Source: Epiperipatus broadwayi
Lineage: Eukaryota > Animalia > Onychophora
Assembly (NCBI GenBank): GCA_028023455.1
Contig: JAQFVV010000004.1
Location: forward strand, 17,360,001-17,424,000
Direction of reading: 5' to 3'
Length of the DNA: 64,000 nucleotides
Position numbers and translations under genes: made by a program. The notes below the pieces were generated by a model. It saw only the letters and a program-made list of their open reading frames with translations. It searched no databases and was not told the origin of the DNA. Position 1 is the first letter of the stretch. The number at the start of each line of letters is the position of its first letter. Below, in pieces: positions 49,505 to 62,695 of this stretch.

Positions 49505-51400
49505 TGTGACGGATTAACATTTACATTGGCCATTTCTCCCTTTAATTAAATAGTGGTGAACAAATATTTTACAAAGTTTATGTAGCGATTTATGCCAAGG
49601 TATACGCCAAGAACTTAGCAAAAATGAGGGCAATCATACTAACTGGGATGTATATTACTTATTCTTAAATTTACATCTAATTTGCGATACAAATTAATTC
49701 AGATTCTGGCTCGGATCAAAGCCGAGGTTATTTAATAAAGCGGGCGGAACTGATGGAGCAATGCAACTTCAGATTCTACAGCATACCAAATATACTGGTA
49801 GAATGAATGCATCTTGAAAGTGTGCTCTTAAAGATTTATTACCAAGTAACCAGTTCTTTGGACCAAACTGCTTGCTATACTAATAAGAGGAGACTTCTTT
49901 AATCCGGATGATCGAACATCTACTTCTAGGATGAGACTCTTTGGTCCCTTTCAAACATCGAATACAAAATGACTTTGCTGTCCGAACTAACTGGCATAGT
50001 TTGACATTAAATCAACCCCGATGTAGACACATCTTTGTGTAGAGAGTATAGCAAGAAGCTAAGCATTATTTTGCTATCGAGCATCACATTCGCTCCGCTA
50101 ATCTAATATAATTATTTTAATTTACCAAATACGCAAAATACGGAATGTCTATCAGTGCTACTGCCATTATTCAGTTTCGAAATAGTACATAATAATTTTA
50201 CTATGGGGAAATACTAAGAATCTGGCTTAAGAGTTATCTGTACAGCTTCAGATACATAAAGGGGTTTTACAGTATATTTTAGGGGTTATTAGGGATCTAA
50301 AATCTGTAGAAAATCACTCTTGCCTAATGCAAATAAACACTCTTTTACAATTATTTATTAGGCCATGTTATAGATAGCCATATTATCACTGGCGGAGGAA
50401 TATTAAATCCAGAAGGGAGTTTGAAGGGAATTTGTCTTTGTCTTTATAGCAAATTTGCACAATGAGAGCATATAAGTATCTCTCTGAGAATTAACAATTT
50501 GTCAAACTGCATTCTGATTACTTTAGCATAAATCAAAAATAATTATAAAAACAAAAAGTTGTAAAATAACATCTAAAAAATAAATAAGGTTGTAATACAA
50601 TTATTACTAAAGTTTTAGGGTTTAAACATTAAAGATTAAATGAATACATGTGAATGTGTATGATCAAGCAAGATTTTATAAAGTGACTACCTTAAATTAA
50701 AGATAAATAGCAGATTTACATTTACTTAGCAGAGTTATGTAGGAGACATAATGATCGATAGCTTGATAGTTATTTTAAAGAATGAAATGGTCTTTTTAGC
50801 ATGCTTTACTGTAATTCTCGAGAGGGTTCTAGTAAACATTCATGGATGGGCAGTTTCTCCGAACATGATTTCTATTCTCCATTGATGGACATGAATATGG
50901 GTTTTTTCTGACACAGTTTAGTAGATACGGCTTCATCATTTTAATGTGGCTTATTGGATATAGCTTGCTTGTGACTAAGGTGGCTTCTTAGATACAGCTT
51001 CATTATGGCTGAGGCGTCTTCTAGATACAGCTCCATTATTATCAAGGCTGCAGGCTTATACTTGCAGGGCAGTTGTTGATGGTTTTTTGGCGTAAGACAT
51101 TTGATGTTATTACCACTGGTAGAATAACTCTAGTGGAAGATAAACTCTCCCACTAGCCGATGGTTCTCATCTTAGTAACTTTAAGTGTTTTCTATATAGT
51201 ACTCGAATCCAGTCTCTCCACGATGTTAATGGCCAAATTACATAAAGTTACGTGTGGTTTGTTCTCCCTTTATTCTTCTTATTATAATATTATATTTTTA
51301 TTACTATGAAAACTAAGTTTTATAGCTATTTTCAGCACCTCCCTCTTTCTTTGTAGCGTTAACCACATCATCTGTTTACTGCTTCAAATCTCGTGCTCTT
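49505..51400 (-). mobile_element. Heavily decayed LTR-retrotransposon remnant (gag-like)
   Basis: Minus-strand zinc-knuckle-like SCPSMENRNHVRRNCP at ~50840-50900, repeated NGAVS/NEAVS/DEAVS motifs, and a TGTGACGG terminus at 49505. No matched LTR pair was confirmed. Confidence 0.35.
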
Positions 51401-51479
51401 AATTATCTTTTACCATGCCTAAAACTGCGAGTAAAACTCTCCCTTGGGCCCTTCCAAATGGTCAAGTCAAAATTTACAA

Positions 51480-51800
51480 GTTAAAATATTATTTTGGTCA
51501 AATGCTAAAACTCGTAAACTTCACAGTTTGCAGTTTTAAACAAAAGCGTAAACTTAAAATAATTTTAAAAAATGCTAATCTGGTCAATCTTTAACTAAAA
51601 TATAATTTTGAGCAAATGTTAACTCTTAAACAATTTTACCGTTTGTACTTCTAACGAAGAATAAACTTGAAATAATTTTAAATAATGCCAATCTGGTCAA
51701 TCTTTAACTAAAATATAATTTTGAGCAAATATTAACTCGTAAACAACTTTACCGTCTATATTTCTAACAAAGAATAAACTTGAAATAATTTTAAAAGAAT
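51480..51800. repeat. ~113-bp tandem duplication (2 clear units plus 1 decayed)
   Basis: ATCTGGTCAATCTTTAACTAAAATATAATTTTGAGCAAAT at 51578 and 51691. Confidence 0.85.
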
Positions 51801-52200
51801 ATTAAGACAAATTTTAAATAAGTGATTTTTTTACCAAAGTTTAAATATAATTCTATATGTAAATTCTAGCTGCACATATTGTTAGGTTTACACAGTTTTA
51901 ATAAATGTTTGGCTATATGTGTGTATATATTACCTTTACTGGCATATATATTGCAATGTAATAGGCACTTATACAGGCACACACTCTAGAATTATTAAGA
52001 GCACCAGTTCCAAGTTCTGAATTAAAGTAATATACGCAATTTGGGGCGAAATACATACAAATAGATATATTACTATGACTATAGTAGGTGAAACAGGTGG
52101 ATCTTTAAGTCTAACTGTTTCAATATGTATAAATATTAATAAAATAATAATAGTGAATAAATCTTACAAATAACTATTATTAAATTCAGAATTACTTTCA

Positions 52201-52303
52201 GTTATTTTTATAAATTTCTTCAATTAGAAACCATTTAAATTTAGCTGAAGTAAACCCTTCAAATTTAAATGGTTTTTTAATTGAAGAAGGTTATGAAAAT
52301 AAC
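52201..52303. repeat. ~100-nt imperfect hairpin (42-bp arms)
   Basis: TTCTTCAATTAGAAACCATTTAAATTT pairs with AAATTTAAATGGTTTTTTAATTGAAGAA around an 18-nt loop. Confidence 0.8.
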
Positions 52304-52653
52304 CAAAAGTTTTTCTTTGTTAAGTAATAGCTATTTGTTAGCTTTAGTTACCATTAATACTTTTATTATTATTACAATTATTATTTTATAAGATTATTTT
52401 ATTTAACATGTAATAACATTTCACTCTTCTTATACTTAAAGCCAAATATATTTATTTATTATTTTTTTATTATGTGATTTTTTTTATTATGTGATTTTTT
52501 TAAAAAAAGATATAAGGATTATGTGCAAGAGATGAATGAATGTCAGAATATGTGCATGTGAAATTTTAACAATAACTAATTTTTGTTTATAGTAATAATT
52601 TATATGTGTTCAGAAAATGGTGGAGGAAAGCGAGAAAAAGTAGTGAATAAGAT

Positions 52654-52687
52654 CTGACGAAGACTGCTAGGAACAGTCGAAACTGTA
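52654..52687 (+). ncRNA. HHR core (family D-like) with perfect helix II but no cis helix I
   Basis: CTGACGA-A-GACTG-CTAGGAA-CAGTC-GAAAC-T-GTA. Confidence 0.6.
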
Positions 52688-52969
52688 AAGAATAAATAAA
52701 TATATTTTGCTTTAAAGTGTAAGAAGAGTGAAATGTTGTTATTATATGTTACATAAAAAAGGCAAAAATAAAGAAGAAAGAGGAAAAGAAAGTATTGAAG
52801 ATTATTTTATTTGATTTATCTTTATAAATATTGAGACAGAATTGGTCAGTCTTGTACGGATTTATCGTTACTTAATTAAATCTCAGATGAGATGATATTT
52901 TCCTTTACCCTAAAGGAGATAAATTCAGATTTACTGACCACTTTTAAAATGGGCAGCACTAGATGAGGT

Positions 52970-55927
52970 GATCATCATCATCATCAACCATTATCATTCC
53001 ACTGCAGGATGAAAGTCTCCAAGTTCAATCCATCTCTGATCTTCAACTACTCTACTCCACATACCCCTGCACACTTTCTTATTTTATCCATCCATCTCAC
53101 GTGGTCTCTTTCTGGATCTTTTATAATCTCTTGGAATCCAGTTTAAGATTTTAATTGTCCATCTACTATCATCTCTTCTAGCAATATGTCCAGCCCAACT
53201 CCACTTCAATCTTTTAACTTTTTCAATGAGGTCAGTAACACCTGTTTGTTCTCTTACCCATACATTGTGTTTTCGATCTCTTCTTGTTACTCCCAACATG
53301 CATCTCCCGTACTTCTTTGAGTGGTCGGAAGTCTCTGTATTGCTCTTCTATTAAGTGTCCAAGTCTCAGATCCATAAAAACTGGTAAAACACATTTGTTA
53401 AAAACCTTCCTTTTCAAACACATAAGCATATTTCCTTTTAGTATCAAGTTATTTCTACCAAAAGCACTCCAACCAAGTTTAATTTTATGATTAATTTCAT
53501 CCATTATGTTTCCATCTGTATTAATAATCTGACCAAGGTATTTGTAACTGTTAACTTCTTCTAATTCATCATAATCAATCTTTATTTTCATATTTTGAGC
53601 AAATCGATTAAACATTACTTTAGTCTTTTTAACATTTATCTTTAGTCCTACTTTCCTACTTTCATCTGATAACTCCTGCAGCTCTGAAGCATTATTTGTA
53701 AAAATAACTACATCATCTGCAAAATCTAAATAACTTAAATAATCTCCATTTACTTTCATTCCTTTAGTTTTCCATTTTAATCTACAAAATATTTCTTGTA
53801 GCACTGCTGTAAAAAGTTTTGGAGATATGAAGTCACTTTTTTTTACACCCTTCTCAATGTTGACTTTCCCGGTATTATGTAATCTAATTGTTGCTGTTGC
53901 ATTTTTATAAATATTCTTTAAAATATGACACTATCCTGGATCTATACCTTGATGATCCAATGTTTTAATCACTGAAGAAATTTTTATAGAATCAAATGCC
54001 TTTTCATAATCTACAAATCCAAAACATAATGGTAACGTATATTCATTTGCCCTTTCTATGACTTCTCTCAATACCTGGATATGATCTACTGTACTAAAAC
54101 CACCTTTAAATCCAGCTTGTTCTCTTGGTTGGTGGAAATCCAATGTTTTCTGTAGACAAGTTGTAATTATCTTGGTAAAAATTTTGTATAAAACTGATAA
54201 AAGGCTGATAGGTCTGTAATTTCTAATATCTTCTTTATCACCTTTTTTAAATATTAATATTAATACTGCATTCTTCCAATCATCTGGTACATCTTTATCA
54301 TTTAGACATTTGGTATATAACTTTGTTAAAATTTTTTCTATTTCTTTACCTGCTTCTTTTAATACATCAATTAAAATCCCATCACTACCTGGAGCCTTTC
54401 CTTTCTTCATATATTTAATTGCATATCTCACTTCTTCATTTAAAATTCTGGGCAATTCAGAAAATGTAGTAGATATAGGAGGTATTTTTTTTTATTAAAA
54501 TAAATTAAAATTTATTAGATACAATTGAACATGTTTATCTATACATAGCTATATTTTTTTTACACTGTTGCAAAGCATTCACTCTGTGGAACTTGCTGTG
54601 GTCCGAGACTGGGGGTCATTGCCCTCCTTCACTCCTCCGGGAGGGTGACCTTAATCCGGAGCCAGCAATCTATCTCTGTTCCTGAGCCGCTTGAGTAATT
54701 TGATATAGATGTTGCAGACATTGCGATTAGAATTTTCAAATATACACTTGAATCTGGATAGCCAGATTGCAAAGGTTAGAATAATGGCGATTCTGATTTT
54801 CGAGAATATGCCACTCTTTATAGCCTTTTGAATGACTAAAACTTCTCTAATATCGAGCAACATGCTTTTATTAATAAAGGATCTGATTGGCTTGAGAAAA
54901 GGGCAGAAATACAGAAGGCAATGAATTGTCTCGTCTGCTGTGATACATAGTTGGCATTAAAGGTTGATCTTGCTAAACCCTCTTTTCCACACCAGAAAAT
55001 GATTTGTTGGCAGGGAGAAGAGGTTGATCTTTAACAGAAAGTCAATGTATTTTGATTCTATGAACCAATTTTTTGATTTTGCTATGAGTTGTTTATTGTT
55101 TAACCCTAGATCATTCTGTAAAATGGTTTGATTGGTGTATTTGAGTTTGTATGTTTGCCAATAGGTCTTTTTTTTCTCTATTGTGTATTGCGTTATGTTT
55201 GCTGAGTTTCTGACATAAGTCCATATGTCCTCATTTATTTGCTGGCAAGCGGAGGAGGAGTATCTGTGGGCTCCACTGTCGGCATGAGGTTTAGGTTTGT
55301 TTGTTCAAGGCTGGCCACACGCAGCACTCTCAGAGCTTTTTGAAGGTACAGGATGGATACTGAATGCAGGCCGAGCCCATTTGATTCTTTGGGCATTTGA
55401 GCTTTAGCCATGCTTATGGTCACAACTTTGCTGTACCAAAGCAGCCTAGAGCATAACGAGTTCATTGATCATTGAAACATTTTGGTGGGTTTTATGAATG
55501 GCAGGCAGTAGCTTAGTCTCGGGTAGACTAGCATGTTGAATAAGGCAACTTTGCTGGGTAGTGATATTGAGATTCTTGACAGCGAGCTGAATACCTTTCT
55601 TGTTTTGTCTAGTATTGGGTTCAAGATGTTCTTCGACATGGCTAATCTAGACTTGGCAATGGCAAAGTCCAGAAATGATTGTGGCTGGGCCGTGAATATT
55701 GAGGGAATTGTTATACCTGTTTTGATTTTCCAGATGGAAGATTTATTGTAGTTGACTTTAAGATTTAGTTTTTTGGCATATTTGTTTATGATTTGTATAG
55801 GAGGTACTTGTTCTTTATTACTATATAATTTTTGATAAAAGTCTTCTACCCATTTCATGATGTCATCTCTCTTTTTAGTGATATTCCTATATCTAATCTC
55901 AATAGTAAAGCAAATAACCCTGATCAT
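52970..55927 (-). mobile_element. 5'-truncated RTE-clade LINE (RT to C-terminus) with (GAT)n tail, interrupted by a Tx1/L1 insertion
   Basis: ORFs 53931-54455 (NYRPISLLSVLYKIF, QAGF, FVDYEKAFDS), 53232-53804 (YLDFADD, YKYLG) and 53084-53299 (KWSWAGHIARR). The ORF resumes at 55807-55927 (DDIMKWVEDFYQKLY). Frameshifted. Confidence 0.92.
54485..55795 (-). mobile_element. 5'-truncated Tx1/L1-clade LINE nested in the RTE, with poly(A) tail and 11-bp TSD
   Basis: TSD TATAGGAGGTA at 54474-54484 and 55796-55806. AATAAA plus an A-tail at 54485-54497. Peptides PKESNGLGL, CQLC...ETIHCLLYFCPF and AIWLSRFKCIF are typical of the L1/Tx1 ORF2 C-terminus. Confidence 0.88.
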
Positions 55928-57092
55928 TTGGTTAAACTAAGGTTATAGCTAAATAAAAAATAATATTCATAGTATCAAACTCTTTTTAAAGACCTCTGAG
56001 ACATATGAATATTAATAACATAATCATTAATGAGATTGACAATTATATTCAAAAGAAAAATGAGAATACCTCCTTCAGTGACTGACCATAGAAGTATAAT
56101 TTCAGGTTTCTCCTGAATCAGACCATATACATTTACTTTCCCATTATACTTAATATTCATATATTTGATTACTAACTATAAGTTTATTTATTTCCATAAT
56201 AAATAGAATCAACAGCTTTAATAATATGAATATTAAAACAGAAATATTAGGGGTCTGGTTTATTCTACTTAAAAAATTATTTGATTCTAAGGCTCATAAA
56301 TAATAATTACATCACTTTTGCCTGGCACCAACAAGTAAAATTGCGGAACTAGTGATTATTAATCTCTCCTAGTTATAATCTACCTTGGATGTGCTGTCAG
56401 GTAATATTAGAACTGAAATACATTTAGGATGTAAAATTAAAAACTTTAATTACCAAAAAAGTATTTTTATAACACAGTTTGTAATAAAAGAAAGATAACA
56501 GGCTTGATCTATTCTCAAATGCAAAATACTTTACTGAACAATTAAACAATGAATCGAGTGAAATAATAAATAATATATAATTCACCCAATAAATTCCATA
56601 ACTGTAATTTTCAGATATAAGGCTTTGATAATGTGGTGCCAATAATAATTTTAGTCTGAGAAATTATTCTTGGCATAAATAAATAAACTTGTAGCAACAC
56701 ATATAAATTATTACTATAGACAGAAATTAGTTACTGTTAAAATTTCACATGCACATATTCTGACATTCATTCATCTTTTGCACATATATCTTTTTAAAAA
56801 AAATTCACATAATAAAAAAAAATATCAGTAATAATATTTTTCTTTATTGTACTACATTATTTTTTTATAATAAAGCAGACAAATTACAGAGTTGTAAAAA
56901 ATATATAGAGTGAAATTTCAATTCTTAAAGTTGATATATAATTCTTGGGGTAGTTTTATTAGAATGCATGACAAATTTTTAATGTAGATAAATATCACTG
57001 AATAGAAACAATGCACAATGGGTAGCTAAAATCTATATAAAATATTTTAAATGCCCTATAGTTATATTTCTTTCAGCCACATTCTCCCTTTA

Positions 57093-57200
57093 TTTTCCAT
57101 GTGTCATAGCACCGGCCAGGACGCGAACCCACAACCGTCTGCAACCAACTTCTTACTTGCAAGGCGGCCGCGATGACCTCTCGGCTAATAGCAGTTGACT
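57093..57200 (-). mobile_element. tRNA-derived short SINE, copy 3, 14-bp TSD
   Basis: TSD ACATTCTCCCTTTA at 57079-57092 and 57201-57214; A and B boxes as in the other copies. Confidence 0.9.
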
Positions 57201-60200
57201 ACATTCTCCCTTTAAATAAAGAAAAAGTTTGAATTTTGCAGTCATTCTTTTTGAATGGGCTGCAAAATTCAAGCTTTTCTTATTTATGGGGGGGGGGGGA
57301 TTGCTGAAAGTAATATAACTATGGGGCATTTAAAATATTTTCAAAGAAATAATCTATTTTTTTAAAAAAAAAAAACTATTTTCATAATACTTTTATAAAT
57401 TTTTTTTATTTTAATATATTTTAATTGCTCTGAAGACTGGTGTATAGTTGATTTAAAGATGAATTATCTTCCTTTTTTGTTTTTTATAAATCCAACAGTA
57501 ACGTAAATACATTTTATAGCCATTTCTTCTTTCCTTCAAAGTGGTTATTCTGGAATTTATTATAGTTTTTAATAGTTCTCATTTTAATTAAGAAAGCTAT
57601 CCATTTCACATAATTTTATAAGCACATTTTTTCAGGAGAAAAATAATAATGGCAAGCTATTTTTCTTTCATGATACTCGAGTTCCTTTTCAGTTTAACAA
57701 TGCATTTAAAATGTTATTAATACTATTAATAAAATAATGTCAGTAAAATGGTTTTAAAAATAAAAAAACTATACTTTGATGTCTTTAGAAAATTTTGAGA
57801 TTTATTTTTTTTTGTAAAAAGAAAAAAGAATTATGAATAATAATATGTTTTAGAATAGTAGGTGGCAAAGTTTTTTTACTTAGGTCACTATTGAATATTT
57901 TGCATCTTGTTTGCAAGACAAATGAGCAGATTGATAATATAAAGTTATGATTACTAACTAAATTTATATATAACATGAAAAATGATAATAAAAACACATT
58001 AATATGTATGTGAAAATAAAAAATATATTATAGTTTTTATAATGCAAGCTCTTTGTAGAATAAACATTTATAGTAGGAACTACAAATTATAATAATAATT
58101 AAATCAATGATTTCTTGATGCTGTTTTTGTTTGCACAGAATTGTCACATGTCAATTGATTCTTAATGGATTTAAAATATAAATTTGGGGAAAAAGTTTAG
58201 TTAAAGTAGATGTTGCTGTTTTTATTAATATTAAAAAGTGTTCAGGAAGAGATTTCCAACATTCCAATATAATTTTATGTCTATATTTGGAACTTATTTT
58301 CAGTTTCTTTAAGTATTTCTTTGAATTTATTACTCCAAATTTAAAAAAAAAAATTTAAATTCAATTAATTTCCAGGTTATTGATTTCCTGAAAATAAAAA
58401 TAGTGCATCACATTTGCGTAACTTTATTAAAATTCTCTGGGTCGATGACAAAATATCAGTGTAAAATGAATACATTTGTATTAAATATCAATGTAGTATT
58501 GTTTCTGTATTTATACTTTTTCTAAAACAGCACAATACTAAAAATACCACTGAAATAGAAGCAAACCTGTATTTTGCAGCTTATGAAAGAAATAGAAATT
58601 TGGTAAAAAAAATTAGTGCTAAAATATAAATTCACTGAAATTTACTTTTTTTGAATTTTTTTTTTTTAGTTTACTATTTAAACAAAACAACAACAATTTT
58701 TTGGAAAGTGGACCATTCTACATGCTTTGGATAGTCATTAAGTGATCCTGGGTTATATATTGCTATTGCATTTCTAGAAGTCTTGATAATTCAACAGTCA
58801 TATTCTTTGATACTTGAATTGATTATGCATGCAAGATTTAAAGAAAAAAAAAATTCAAGTGAAAAAGTAATGAAACATTTTCTTCAAATAACTGAGTTTT
58901 TGAAGTTATTGTACTAAGAAATGATAAAGTTAATGAAATTATTCTTTATTATACTATTAGGTTTATAATTAATTCTCTCCAAAGTTATGTGTCTATGCAT
59001 AAATATAACTCCTAACCTCATCACCCATACACAGAGAAAGGACATACGTATGGTGAGTTAGCTAAAGATCAAGAAATGTAAGTTTTAAGTTGAGGAATCA
59101 AAGGAAGTAATTATTGATTTCTGGTTATTTAAATATTTGGTTAAGATGAAATGTTAATGGGTTAGAACATTTTATACATATTTGTGCTTGACTCTTATCT
59201 ATACTTGCATATATTCTTTTTTATTCTATAGGAATATACCGTTATAATACATATATATATATGTAATTAAAATGAATCAAATATAAAGGGTTTATACACA
59301 TATATCACTAGTATAATTTATCAACAAAAGTACCAAACCTGAATACCAAATCTTATCTACATATGCTTATATTTATTACTTCTGTTTTTCTAGTTCAAAA
59401 AACGTATCTTTATTCTTATTCTATATATTACCGGATGGAGTAGTAGATCGATTAAGTAGAAAACAAAATATAGCATAACATTTTGCTCTTTAATAGAAAT
59501 AGAAAATTGTGATAACCAAAATTGTAAGACTTATACATAAAAAATTATGATACAATTATTTATTAAATTATTATAAATTCGATCTACTCCAACTGCAATT
59601 TAATTATTGCACCACACCGGTCCTTTAGGCAGAGAAACATAATACCCAGAAGATACCTATGACCAAGCCGAGCTATATAAGATACATAACTACTACATTT
59701 CCAGGCCACATCTTCAAGACTGCTAAATTCAACACCTGTCATTCAAAGCACTTTTTTGTTTTGAAGTAAACTTCAGGCGCCAGTTAATTACAAGAAGTAA
59801 CTAACATACCCTGAATGATGGCAAACTAATTCAGCACCTAAGAAATCCCAACCAGCTCAACGGAAACAAATGGAGTAAACTATGTGTCTAACTTTGCTAA
59901 ATTGTTCTTAGTGGTATTAAAATTAAAGAATTGACCTACAAATACTAATTTCTAAAATAATTTATTTTAAATATTTAAAATTAACTGAGAACTAATTTAT
60001 GACTTCAACATTTCTTTTTCTGAATAAAATAATAATACATAACAGCAAATATCCTCACACATATTATAATAAATATAAACATTAAATAAACATAAGTATC
60101 AAAATATATAGTGCACACACACTATCATATGAGCTGTTGGTTTACATGATTTTTAAAGTTATAATGCTATCGGTTTATTATTTCAACCTGCATATACATA

Positions 60201-62695
60201 GTTCATTTTATGTTGGCTATAGAGTTCATTTATTAAACTGACTATGGGAGGCTTCAAAGATTGCAATGGTTACATTAATTAATATCAAGAATTGGAATAA
60301 TAAAATGTTATTACCTATAGGATTTTTTAACGTGGTGGCTTCAAATTATTTACTACTTACCAACTGGTTGGATTTTAGGTTTCTATTGCATTCCTGATGA
60401 TGGAGATTCCATGCTACTTCTCTTTCAGGCAGCTAGACATTCCTGGTGGCTTCAACTTATTAGACGGGCATTACTTTTGGGCAGACTGCTGAGCTGCATG
60501 CAAACTTTTGGCTTAACACTGCATTGTCTTTAAAAACTACGTCTAACAGATGACAATCTAAATACGTGAAAGTCTCTATATGTGAATGACTGATAAAATT
60601 TTCGGCTCTATTTATGTGCTGACGTTATCCTTTTCAATTAGGTTTTAAATTCATCCACTGCTTTTGTTGAGTAAATTCTTAAGATGTGTTTAATTAATCC
60701 TGTTGTTTATGGATTTTAATTAGTAGCTATTGCTAATCCATTCTTATGTAATTTATCAGTATATGCAATCTTTGAGTTCTTGAAATTTAATTATAAGGTT
60801 ATATTTAACTTTCATATTTTATTTTATTTTTAACTTGCACACATTTTATTATTTTCTTTACATTTAAAATCCTCATTGTTTATGCACACATATATCTATT
60901 TTATTTTAAATAAATGAAAAGAGATTTTTATTTTATTTTTTTAAGATTTCTTTAATACCTTTAAATTTTCTCAGTTACATTCCCCCTCTGGCTAACTGCA
61001 TTTTCTTTTAATAAAACTAACTTTCTAAATACCATTTTCTTAATTTATTCTAAAGTTTAGTTTTTGCCAAGTTACCCCCGCCCCCCTAATTATTCTTTAA
61101 TTCGTAAAACTTTATGAATTGATTTTTAGCAAACTGTTTTGTTTTAAACTAATAAAAAAAAAGCTCTTCAGACTTCTATAAATTTCTTTTTTCAAATGAG
61201 ATATTTTAATTTCAAAATCTTTACGCTGTTTATGGAATTTATTTTTTAATAATTCTTGACGAAATTATTTACAATATGTAGTCCTGTTCATTAGCGGTAC
61301 AATATATATGTATATATTCCTGTATTTATCTTGAAATATTCTTTTGTTTCATTCTATACAGGTTTGTTCTTCACTTAATTCTAGCTGACTTCTATTTTTC
61401 TCTTTATCTTCAATTTCCAGTTCTCCTGAAACATCTTGATTCTGTATTGAATTTATGTATTATTACTTCATTTTTGAGGTTTTCTGGTTGCTCTTCTACA
61501 TCAATTATTAACTGTATTTCATTTTTACTTTGTTTTTAAATATGATTTACGTTTTACACAGTTTGATTGTAAAATACATTCATTCTGTCTTTATTTGTCT
61601 AGATAATAGCTTTGTAATAATGCTTTCTAGGCAATTTTTTTTAAAACTCTTTTACTCAAATATCTTAGCCTACTATATATTTTTTTTTTTTTTGCTATTC
61701 CATTTTTTTTTATATAGTATAAATGAGGCTAGTTTATTCTTCTACTTCTTACATAATTTTTTCAGTGATTTTTTTGTAGTTATAATTGTTGAGTGTTGAC
61801 ATTTAACATATTCACATTTACATAAATGTTATTACAAGAATGTGCAGTTCCTAATTCCATTGTTGCTTCTCCTTGACTTTAAGAACTCTGGCATATTTTA
61901 CAGTGTTCATTCTTCTATTTATATCTTTTGGCTATAGGCGTTAGTTTTCTGCTACAATAGTATTTCAAAATATCTTTTTTGCTCCCCCCCCCTTAAAAAA
62001 TCTATAGTTGGTGAAATTTTTACTGTTTTTAGGATTTTAGTCTGCTCTTATGCTGAAGCTGTTTACCTGGAATTATTTAGATTGACTGAGCAATGTCTCA
62101 TGTTAGTCTTTTTTTAATTGCTTTGCTGTAGGATAGGTATTTAATAATGTTCTCAAATTGAAGTCAGCCATTCCCCAAACATCAAACTGTTTGAATTTGG
62201 TTCCTTTATAAATTCATTTTGCATGCATTTTTTGCTCTTATTGATGCATTGAATTTGCAGATTGATTCTCTCTTTATATGTTGGCAATTTCCAAAATATA
62301 GATATTCTGTATTTCTTGATGCCTTTGGATTTTCATATGACAATCTATCACTAGTGATTATATCTATGTCTCTTTCCCCATCAACAACAACATAGTGAAT
62401 TTAATGTTACCTTCTTGTATTTTATTTATAATAAAATATCTTTTTAAATATAATTACCATTTTGCCTGGTTATTTTGAATTCATTAATACAGTTTAGCAG
62501 CTTAAATATTATTTCAAATTTAAATTTCAAGTTTTAATAGTTTATCGGTCTGTTTTGTTGCAATGTCTAATTATCGGACTGTTGATACTTTAGTTATTCT
62601 GATCTTAGTTTTCTTGTAATTGAGACTATTAGTCTGTTATGTCTGTACTACAACATGTAGTTATATTTTCACAGCGCAGTCCAAATATACTAGTA

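Noticed and set aside
57409-57435. CTCTGAAGACTG...TAGTTGA resembling a family D HHR
   Set aside because: Too decayed: no GAAA box and imperfect helix II.
60394-60492. Box C/D snoRNA (TGATGA...CTGA) or HHR (CTGATGA-TGGA/TCCA)
   Set aside because: No canonical terminal stem or internal C'/D' boxes for a snoRNA, and no GAAA after the stem for an HHR.
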